A stretch of DNA of 64,000 bases from assembly GCA_031459385.1 (NCBI GenBank), contig JAVKIP010000012.1, positions 25,432-89,431 of the forward strand. The letters are read 5' to 3'. The position numbers and the translations under genes were made by a program. This DNA comes from Candidatus Fervidifonticultor secundus (lineage in GTDB: Bacteria > Sysuimicrobiota > Sysuimicrobiia > Sysuimicrobiales > Humicultoraceae). A model generated the notes under the pieces. The model saw only the letters and a program-made list of their open reading frames with translations. It did no database searches and was not told the DNA's origin. This document shows, piece by piece, positions 56,301 to 64,000 of the stretch; the first letter of the stretch is position 1; each line of letters starts with the position of its first letter.

Positions 56301-56709
56301 GAAGGAGCGCCTGCGGGTCTACCGGCGGCTGGCCGCCGCGCGCACCCCTGACGAGGTGGACGCGGTCGCCGCCGCGCTGGCCGAGGCAGGCCCGCTCCCC
56401 CCGCCGGTGGAGGCACTGCTGGAGGTGGTCCGGGTGCGCGTGGTCGCGCGCCAGGTGGGGGTGACAAGCATCACGCGCGAGGGCGACCGGTACGTGGTGC
56501 GCCTGACCGGAGCCGGGCACCTGGACGACGCGACCCAACGGCGCCTGCAGCAGGCGCTGGGCCACCGCGCACGGGTGACGGCGGCCGGCCTGACCGTGCA
56601 GGTGACCGGGGCCACGTTCGCCGAGCAGGCCGGCGGGCTGCGCGAGGTCCTGGCGCTCGTGGGATGGGTGGGCGCCGGCGCCGTGCCGGTGCCGGCGGCC
56701 TCGGGGTAG
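53326..56709 (+). CDS. mfd: Transcription-repair coupling factor
   Basis: GEFAVRGDVVDVFP, GDLVVHVHHGIGRY, GDVGYGKTEVA, DEEQRFG, QLRGRVGR and DLEIRGAGNLLG motifs; TATAAT at 53293..53298 upstream. Confidence 0.96.
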   Translation: MERCVLTGVLALLRGAPEYNLVRDALRAGASPAVLGPTASAAAALVAAVVTDPSLPTRPALVIAPSQDVAERLADDLRALLHGADLQVHVFPAGPGPLCGEDDASDDARAAADAAVGARLEILEALGRPPGGDAAGPDLAPLRSVVAIASVESAVEPLLPPAALQAATLVLQPGAYLLRDQLVAGLQAAGYERVSLVAGPGEFAVRGDVVDVFPIGASEPMRADLWGDEVERLRALDVATQRAGRALPAARIWPARIAATASTGAAPLAAFLAPGGLLVLYEPAESETRAAELVERAARAGRTAPLAWAVASDGGAGRARLAVAGARCGQGAWTEVRLPAGGIEAFGGQTHLLAQALSGLLREGLRVVIASAQAARVADILADAGVDVGLAGALVDPPPAGRVLAVPARLHRGFRLDAAGLAVVTDSEIVGWRRRRARMRYLRDGARLTSWADLTPGDLVVHVHHGIGRYRGLVQLPVDGSTREYLLLEYAQDDRLYVPVEQIHLVQRYIGAEGEQPRLHRLGGADWEREKRRVKDAAREMAAELLTLYAARASTPGHAFGPDTPWQREMEAAFPYTETPHQLKAIEDVKRDMEAPRPMDRLVAGDVGYGKTEVALRAAFKAVMDGKQVAVVVPTTILAQQHYSVFAERFAPFPVTVELLSRFRTPAEQKEILAQTAAGLVDVLIGTHRLLARDVVFRDLGLVIIDEEQRFGVRHKEHLKTLRKQVDVLTLTATPIPRTLHMALSGLRDLTVMETPPEARLPIHTEIRPDDDGLLVEAIRRELGRGGQVYVVHNRVETIDRAARRIRHLVPEATVAVAHGQMPEERLEGVMMDFLGGRVAVLVCTTIVEIGLDIPQVNTIIIEDAHRLGLAQLYQLRGRVGRADRQAYCYLLYPRHLPLTPEAEQRLRAMAEFVELGSGLGLAMRDLEIRGAGNLLGPEQHGHIAAVGFDLYCRLLDEAIREAKGEIVEEPRDPTLELGVDARLPAAFLPDEKERLRVYRRLAAARTPDEVDAVAAALAEAGPLPPPVEALLEVVRVRVVARQVGVTSITREGDRYVVRLTGAGHLDDATQRRLQQALGHRARVTAAGLTVQVTGATFAEQAGGLREVLALVGWVGAGAVPVPAASG

Positions 56710-56797
56710 GCCCCGCCTCCGGCACACCGCGTCGGGCTAGCCGCTGCCGCGCGCGCTGGGGTATGCTGGACGCGTTGCCCGAAGGAGGGACAGCATC

Positions 56798-57778
56798 ATG
56801 ACGGTCCGCAGGATCGTAGTGGCGGCCGCGGTGGTGGTCGCCGTGGGCGCCGCCGGCGCGAGCGCCTGGTACCTGTCGACGCAGGCACGCCGCGGCGCCG
56901 CGGTCGCCGCCCGGGTGAACGGCGAGGCGATCTACTGGTCGCAGGTCGACGCCGAGGTTCGGCGCGCCGCGGCGCAGTTCGGGGTGGATCCCTCGACCCC
57001 GGAGTTCGAGAAGCAGCGGGAGCAGATCACCAAGATCATCATCGACCAGATGGTGGCCCAGCGCCTGATCATGCAGGAAGCCCGCAAGCGTCACCTCACG
57101 GCGACGGATCAGGACGTGGAGGCGCAGCTGGTGGAGATCGTCAAGCGCTTCCCGGGCAAGACCGAGTTCGAGCAGGCGCTGCAGCGCAACGATCTCACGC
57201 TGGCCGGCCTGCGCGAGCTGCTCCGCATCCAGCTGACGCAGCGGCGGGTGGCCGAGGCCGTGGTGCGGGTCACCGTCACCGACGACGAGGTGCGCAGGCA
57301 GTTCGACGGCAACCGGCGCCTCTACGACCGGCCTGCGCAGATCCGCGTGAGCCACATCCTCGTGCGCATCGCCGACAAGGGCCAGGAAGCCATAGCGCAG
57401 GCCAAGGTCAAGGTCGTGCAGGCCCGGCTCGCCGATGGGGGGAAGTTCGAGGACCTGGCCAGGCAGTACTCCGAGGACCCCGGCAGCGCGGCGCAGGGCG
57501 GCGACCTCGGGTACGTGAGCAAGGGCACGCTCGTCAGGGAGTTCGAGGAGGCGGCCTGGGCGCTGAAGCCCGGGCAGATCAGCGGGCCCGTCCGCACGCA
57601 GTACGGCCTCCACATCATCAAAGTCGCAGACGTCAAGCCCGCCCAAGCCGCGGACTTCGCCAGGGTCAGGGAGCAGATCCGGCAGGAGCTGCTGGCGTCC
57701 AAGCGCGAGAAGGCGTTCGAGAGCTGGCTGGCCGACGTGCGCAAGGGCGCCGCGGTCGAGCAGTTCCAGCGCATCTAG
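56798..57778 (+). CDS. PrsA/SurA-like parvulin peptidyl-prolyl isomerase
   Basis: N-terminal TM anchor, ARVNGEAI, VSHILV, FEDLARQYSED..GGDLG and TQYGLHIIK motifs. Confidence 0.9.
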   Translation: MTVRRIVVAAAVVVAVGAAGASAWYLSTQARRGAAVAARVNGEAIYWSQVDAEVRRAAAQFGVDPSTPEFEKQREQITKIIIDQMVAQRLIMQEARKRHLTATDQDVEAQLVEIVKRFPGKTEFEQALQRNDLTLAGLRELLRIQLTQRRVAEAVVRVTVTDDEVRRQFDGNRRLYDRPAQIRVSHILVRIADKGQEAIAQAKVKVVQARLADGGKFEDLARQYSEDPGSAAQGGDLGYVSKGTLVREFEEAAWALKPGQISGPVRTQYGLHIIKVADVKPAQAADFARVREQIRQELLASKREKAFESWLADVRKGAAVEQFQRI

Positions 57779-57799
57779 CTGCCGCGCGGGCGCCCGGCG

Positions 57800-58471
57800 A
57801 TGCGGTTCACTTTCGATGACCTCGTGGCCGTGATGGCCCGGCTGCGCAGCGACCAGGGGTGCCCCTGGGACCGGCAGCAGACCCACGCCACGCTGGGCCG
57901 CTACCTCCTGGAAGAGGCCCACGAGACGCTGGAGGCCATCGCCCGCGAGGACGCGGCCGCGCTGCGGGAGGAGCTGGGCGACCTGCTGCTCCAGGTGGTC
58001 TTCCACGGCCAGCTGGGCCGCGAAGCCGGGACGTTCACGGCCGAGGACGTGGTGGACAGCCTGGTGCGCAAGCTCCTGGCCCGCCACCCGCACGTCTTCG
58101 GCGACCTGCGCCTGGGAACCGCGCGCGAGGTCGAGGTCCAGTGGGAAGAACTCAAGCGCCGCGCGGAGCCCGGGCGGGGGCCGCTGGACGGTATCCCGGC
58201 CACGCTGCCGGCGCTGGCGCGCGTGCAGGCGGTGGTCGAGCGCCTGGCCCGCGCCGAAAGCAGCCGCGAGCTGACCGATGCGGCGGCGGCCGCCGCCACG
58301 CTGCGCGCAGCCGCTGACGCGGCCCTGGCTGTGGCGGCAGCGCCGGAGGCGGCGCGCACCCGCGCGGTGGGCGATCTCCTCCTGGCAGCGGTCCGGCTCG
58401 CGACCGCCCTGCAGGTCGACGCGGAGGCGGCGCTGCGCGCAGCGGGCGACCGCATCGCCATCCGGCACTGA
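57800..58471 (+). CDS. mazG: MazG-family NTP pyrophosphohydrolase
   Basis: GCPWDRQQTH, EEAHE, EELGDLLLQVVFH and RHPHVFG motifs; second MazG domain degenerate. Confidence 0.88.
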   Translation: MRFTFDDLVAVMARLRSDQGCPWDRQQTHATLGRYLLEEAHETLEAIAREDAAALREELGDLLLQVVFHGQLGREAGTFTAEDVVDSLVRKLLARHPHVFGDLRLGTAREVEVQWEELKRRAEPGRGPLDGIPATLPALARVQAVVERLARAESSRELTDAAAAAATLRAAADAALAVAAAPEAARTRAVGDLLLAAVRLATALQVDAEAALRAAGDRIAIRH

Positions 58472-58487
58472 CACCCGGCTGCCGCAC

Positions 58488-58748
58488 GTGCGGGTGGACA
58501 AGTTCCTGCAGGTGAGCCGGCTCGTGCGACGCCGCGCGGTGGCCACCCGGCTGTGCGATGCCGGGCGGGTCACCCTGAACGGCCGGCCGGTCAAGGCGGC
58601 GTCGCCGGTGCACGTCGGCGACGTGCTCGGTGTGGCGTTCGGGGCACGCCGGCTGGCGGTGCGCGTGCTGCAGGTGCCGGAGGGCCGGCCGACGGCGCAG
58701 CCGGCCTACGAGGTGCTGGACGACCGGCGCATGCCGGACGTGTGGTAG
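58488..58748 (+). CDS. S4-domain RNA-binding protein (YabO/RqcP/Hsp15 family)
   Basis: RVDKFLQVSRLVRRRAVATRLCDAGRVTLNGRPVK; conserved position after mazG. Confidence 0.88.
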   Translation: MRVDKFLQVSRLVRRRAVATRLCDAGRVTLNGRPVKAASPVHVGDVLGVAFGARRLAVRVLQVPEGRPTAQPAYEVLDDRRMPDVW

Positions 58749-60071
<1,323 letters not shown>

Positions 60072-60075
60072 TGGC

Positions 60076-60621
60076 ATGACAGCGCCTGGAGGCGACCTCC
60101 CCCGCGGCACTGTCACCTTCCTCTTCACGGACATCGAGGGCTCCACGCGCCTGCTGCAGGCCCTGGGAGCACGGTACACCGCTTTGTTGGGAGAATACAT
60201 CTTCCGTGACCGGGACGACCGGTTCAGTCTGGGATGGGCCCACCACTCGCTCGGCCTGGGGGCCAGCAAGACAGGCGACTATGCGGCCGCGCGCGCCGCC
60301 TTCGACGAAGCCATGGGCCTGTTCGCGGAGGCGCGCGACGTCTCGGGGATTGCGCTGCTGCTGCTGGATTTCTCCGGGCTCGCGCTCCTGGAGGGCGAGC
60401 CCGAGCGCGCCGCACGCCTGGCCGGCGGAGCTGCCGCGTTGCAGAAGTCCGGCGGCGTGGACCTGGCTGTGATAGTCGACGCCACCCAGGGGCCCTGGCA
60501 GATCGGCGGGACACTGGACCGCCAGGCCCTCGCAGCGGCCATCGAGGAGGGCCGTGCCATGCCCCTGGACGCGCTCATCGCGTACGCCCTCAGCCGGTCT
60601 CCGCAGGCCGGCGCGAGGTGA
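60076..60621 (+). pseudogene. In-frame internally deleted adenylate cyclase-ATPase-TPR gene (181 aa left)
   Basis: First 41 aa are a class III cyclase start (LPRGTVTFLFTDIEGSTRLLQALG), joined near 60198 directly to a TPR-like C-terminus (GDYAAARAAFDEA...ERAARLAG...EEGRAMPLDALIAYAL). Confidence 0.7.
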
Positions 60622-60689
60622 CGCTGGGGGCTGCGGGCGTCAGCGCCCCGGGCGGACGCCGTGCTCCCGGGCCCCTGCGGGGCAGGCTG

Positions 60690-60716
60690 GCAGGAGTCGC
60701 GCCCCGCCCCGCGAAT
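60690..60716 (+). promoter_or_regulatory. Candidate sigma-H-like promoter for divIC
   Basis: GCAGGA-N17-GAAT. Confidence 0.5.
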
Positions 60717-60760
60717 GGCCCTGTGGTCGACCGGTTCGGGTCCGTCGTCGCAGCGTGTGC

Positions 60761-61147
60761 ATGGCGTCGTCCGCGCCCTTCCTCCCACCCCGCCCGCCCC
60801 GCCGCCCGGCGCCGCGCTGGCTGGGCCCGATCCTGCTCGTGGCGCTGCTGGGCGCTGCCGGGGCAACGGTGGGAGGTGTCTTTTGGGGCGGCTACGAACT
60901 CCGCCGGGAAGCGGCGCGGCTCGCCAGGGAGCGCGACGAACTGCGCCGGCAGAACGCGCAGCTGCGGGAGGAGATCAGGCTGCTGTACCGGCCCGAGTAC
61001 ATCGAGCGCCTGGCCCGGGAGGAGCTGGGACTGGTGCGGCCGGGCGAACTGGCAGTGATCCTGGTCGAACCCATGCCGGCGCCCGCGCAGAAGCCGATGT
61101 CTGCACCACCGCCGGCGCCCGCGCAGAAGCCGGATCGCGTTCGTTGA
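60761..61147 (+). CDS. Septum formation initiator (DivIC/FtsB family)
   Basis: Single TM helix, coiled coil and PEYIERLAREELGLVRPGE motif. Confidence 0.88.
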   Translation: MASSAPFLPPRPPRRPAPRWLGPILLVALLGAAGATVGGVFWGGYELRREAARLARERDELRRQNAQLREEIRLLYRPEYIERLAREELGLVRPGELAVILVEPMPAPAQKPMSAPPPAPAQKPDRVR

Positions 61148-61172
61148 CACCCGCTGATACCGCGGGTACAAT
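61144..61172 (+). promoter_or_regulatory. Sigma-70-type promoter for the S1-domain gene
   Basis: TTGACA-N17-TACAAT, near consensus. Confidence 0.75.
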
Positions 61173-61217
61173 CAGCGCGCGTCAGATCACAGTGGAAGGA
61201 GCGGAGTCCGAACAGGA

Positions 61218-61592
61218 ATGAGCGTGGAGCCGGGAACGGTTGTCGAAGGGACCGTCGTCAAGATCACGCCCTACGGCGCATTCGTCGAGCTCCCCGACGG
61301 CAAGAGCGGCCTCGTCCACATCTCGGAGATCGCCGACACCTACGTCAAGGACGTCAAGGACTACCTGAAAGAACAGGAAAAGGTCCGGGTGAAAGTCCTC
61401 GGGCTGAACGAGAAGGGCAAGCTCGACCTCTCCATCAAGCAGGCGCTCTCCCCCGAAGAGCGCGCCCAGCGCGCCCGCCAGAAGGCCTCGTTCGAGGAGA
61501 AGCTGAAGGCGTTCATGAAGGAGAGCGAGGAGCGGCTGCTGGACCTCAAGCGCAACACCGAGGCCAAGCGCGGCGGCCGACGGCGGCGGTAG
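61218..61592 (+). CDS. S1-domain RNA-binding protein (YabR-like)
   Basis: GTVVKITPYGAFV, GLVHISEIA, LDLSIKQA and FEEKLKAFMKESEER motifs. Confidence 0.92.
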   Translation: MSVEPGTVVEGTVVKITPYGAFVELPDGKSGLVHISEIADTYVKDVKDYLKEQEKVRVKVLGLNEKGKLDLSIKQALSPEERAQRARQKASFEEKLKAFMKESEERLLDLKRNTEAKRGGRRRR

Positions 61593-61645
61593 CGTTTCCC
61601 GATATAGATTCGGTCCCGAGAACCCTCCCGGGCGCGTCCCGAACG

Positions 61646-64000
61646 CTACTGCGGGGGGTCGATGCGGATGGACGCGCCCAGGTCGTAGGTACGCAGCGTC
61701 ATGTAGTGCGCCGGCGCCGCCATCAGCAGGCGGTGGATGCGAAAGTCCGTCCCGATCCAGGCCGCGAAAGCGGCAGTCCGGCCCGGGGCGTCCCAGACGA
61801 CGACCTGACAGGTCTCCTCGCCGCAGGGCAGCTGCCGCCCGAGCCGGGCCGACTGGGCCCCGCGCAGGTAGGCTCGCACGCCCTCGATCGGGCCGAGCCC
61901 GGTCAGGTCGCGTGCGATCCAGGGGCGCCCGGGCTCGCGGACGTACTGACGACGGCCGATGACGACGACCTCTGCCCCGCCCGCGGTGCGCAGCCGGAGC
62001 CGGTCGGGGGGACGGACCTCGTACCAGGTGGTGGCCGCCCCTCCGGCACCGTCGGTGAGGTGTTCTTCCTCGCGCCACGCTGAGACCGCGGCCATCGCCG
62101 CCTGGGCGCGCTCGAGCAGACGCCGCCCCTCAGGCTCGCCGGTGTCTTCCGGCCTGCGGCCTGCCACCAGCGGAAACGTCATGACGGCGTCGGGACGGCC
62201 GCGACGGCGCACGACGACCGTCGCCTCCCACCACCCGGGCACTGCCAGTTCGACACCGTCTCCCTGGGCCCGTCCCGGTCCCCCGGTGCGCAGGGGCGGC
62301 GCGACTGGCGCCACGTCCTCATCCAGCTTGAGGAAGCGCAGCAGCACCCGACTGTCGGGCTCCAGCGGCTGCCCGTCGGTCCGCTGAACGGCGACCTCGT
62401 ACCGGTGCCAGCCGGGACTGCCCGCGGGCGCCACGGTGAGGGCGATGCGCAGGTCGTCGGCCATCCCGGCGAACACCAGCGGCTGGGCCAGCGTGGCCAC
62501 GCCGGCCGCCTGCTCGGCGACGGTGCGTGCAGGCGGCACCACGGCGATGACCACGGCTGCCGCGACGACGGCTGCGGCAACTCCCACCTCGGCGGCTACC
62601 AGACGCACCAGGCGGTGCAGCGGCGCGCCCGTGGCTGAGCGCGCGGCCCGCCGTCCGACCCCAGGCGTTGCGGCCCCTCCCACGACGCGCGGGAGGAACC
62701 AGAAGCGGTTGACCGCGCCCAGGATCACGACCGCCGCCACCAGCGCCATCTTCAGCAACAGCCCGCGGCCGTAGAACGTCTCGACCAGCGCCCGAACGCC
62801 CGGCACGTGCAGCCAAGCGGCGTACAGGCCGGTGAGGATCACCAGGGCCAGCGCGGTGGCCGCCACGCGGGATGCCCGTGGAACCAGCACCGTGGCCAGC
62901 CTCTGGCGATCGTCGGGGGCAGCCGGTACCAGGACCACCAGCAGGGCGCCGAGCCCGCCCAGCCAGGCGGCCGAGGCGATCAGGTGCACCCAGTCGGCCG
63001 CCATCGCAAGCAGCCCGCTGCCTGCGGCGTGCGAGCTCGCCGTGAACCCCGCCAAGAGCAGCCCCGCAGCGGCCACGGGCACCCACGGCATCTCGGGGAT
63101 GCGCACGTCGCGTACCTGGGGCAGCACCACGGCCGCAAGGACGGCCAAGATACCGTAGACGGCCGACGTCAGCACGACCAGCACACCGTGGACGGTGCCC
63201 AGCGCCGGCAGCCCCCCGAGCGCTGCCGTCACGGCGCCGACCAGCACCAACCACCCCGTTCCCGCCACCTGGAGGATCCGCCCGGCCGGCGACGGCGGGA
63301 GCAGCAGCAGCCCGGCCAGGGCGGCCCGGACGAGCGCGCTCTGCCCGGGACGCGCGGACCCCACAAATGTGGCCAGGCTCCCGTCCGCCAGCGCGCGGAG
63401 CACCGGTCGGTCGAACAGCAGGCTGGCCTGGGCCGTTGTCTCCAGAGCCAGGCCGCCGAGGAGCGCGACGGCCGCGACCGTCGCCAGCCGCCCAAGCCTC
63501 GCCACCGCAGCGTCGGCCGCTGCGGCGTCCGCCACATGGACCACGGATCGACGCAGGACGGCCCGGAGCCACAGCGCGCCCAGCAGCTGCATCGCAGCGG
63601 CGGTCGCGATCCACCGGCCGACCGCGGATAGCACGGGCAGGGATGCCGCCGATGCTACCCCGGAGCCAGGGGGAGGAACAACGGCTTCCCCCACCCCGAA
63701 GACGAAGATGCCCCGGGTCGCATGTCCGTCCAGCAGCGACAGCACCTGCCAGCGCACCGTGTACAGGCCCGGGCGCAGTCCCGACAGCGGCACCACCAGT
63801 TCCCGACCGCCGGCCCCCACCTCCGGCGCGCCCGCGCGACGGGCGCCCAGGGCATCGACCACCGTGGCACCGCTGAACGCCGGGTCGATCGGCTCGCTGA
63901 ACCGCAGCACCAGCCGGTCGGGAGGTTCGGACACGCGCCCGTTGGGCGCAGGGGTAGCGCGCTCCAGCACGGCGTGGGCGGCGGCCGGGGCTCCGGCCGC
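61646..64000 (-). CDS. CopC-CopD copper transport fusion with extra C-terminal domains (5' end outside the window)
   Basis: AAA-HAVLERATP (N-terminal His) and LDGH for CopC; SSHAA, DWVHLIASAAWLGG and YGRGLLLK for CopD. Confidence 0.85.
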   Translation of the reverse strand, partial: AAGAPAAAHAVLERATPAPNGRVSEPPDRLVLRFSEPIDPAFSGATVVDALGARRAGAPEVGAGGRELVVPLSGLRPGLYTVRWQVLSLLDGHATRGIFVFGVGEAVVPPPGSGVASAASLPVLSAVGRWIATAAAMQLLGALWLRAVLRRSVVHVADAAAADAAVARLGRLATVAAVALLGGLALETTAQASLLFDRPVLRALADGSLATFVGSARPGQSALVRAALAGLLLLPPSPAGRILQVAGTGWLVLVGAVTAALGGLPALGTVHGVLVVLTSAVYGILAVLAAVVLPQVRDVRIPEMPWVPVAAAGLLLAGFTASSHAAGSGLLAMAADWVHLIASAAWLGGLGALLVVLVPAAPDDRQRLATVLVPRASRVAATALALVILTGLYAAWLHVPGVRALVETFYGRGLLLKMALVAAVVILGAVNRFWFLPRVVGGAATPGVGRRAARSATGAPLHRLVRLVAAEVGVAAAVVAAAVVIAVVPPARTVAEQAAGVATLAQPLVFAGMADDLRIALTVAPAGSPGWHRYEVAVQRTDGQPLEPDSRVLLRFLKLDEDVAPVAPPLRTGGPGRAQGDGVELAVPGWWEATVVVRRRGRPDAVMTFPLVAGRRPEDTGEPEGRRLLERAQAAMAAVSAWREEEHLTDGAGGAATTWYEVRPPDRLRLRTAGGAEVVVIGRRQYVREPGRPWIARDLTGLGPIEGVRAYLRGAQSARLGRQLPCGEETCQVVVWDAPGRTAAFAAWIGTDFRIHRLLMAAPAHYMTLRTYDLGASIRIDPPQ

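Overview
Very GC-rich bacterial chromosomal window, almost entirely coding, with no rRNA, tRNA, CRISPR array or mobile element recognised. Bacillota-like gene order (tmk-darA-holB; mfd-PPIase-mazG-yabO-eno-divIC-yabR) together with a probable outer-membrane beta-barrel suggests a diderm Terrabacteria lineage (inference). Contents in order: (1) 1-14.3 kb, a GntR-led catabolic operon with two paralogous ABC binding-protein/permease sets and one ATPase, two SIS proteins, a PfkB kinase, two amidohydrolases and a divergent class I aldolase; substrate unknown. (2) 14.3-25.5 kb, purine catabolism (allantoinase, xanthine dehydrogenase, 8-oxoguanine deaminase, uraH/uraD, a PRTase, adenine deaminase) with no uricase in the window, split by an antisense PAS + MBL-hydrolase pair. 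(3) 25.6-46 kb, mixed housekeeping, DNA-repair and signalling genes (nfo, EndoQ, HU, holB, darA, tmk, a PdtaS/PdtaR-like pair). (4) 46-51.3 kb, a zur-znuACB locus interrupted by an antisense ferrochelatase and preceded by a c-di-GMP-I riboswitch with no obvious gene of its own. (5) 51.4-64 kb, nadE, the mfd cluster and a CopC-CopD fusion. The main observations are the unknown catabolic operon, the orphan riboswitch, a sigma-H-like promoter motif (AGGn-N17-19-GAAn) in front of about eleven transcription units, and several internal-deletion gene remnants. All calls come from reading motifs by eye; no database searches were run.
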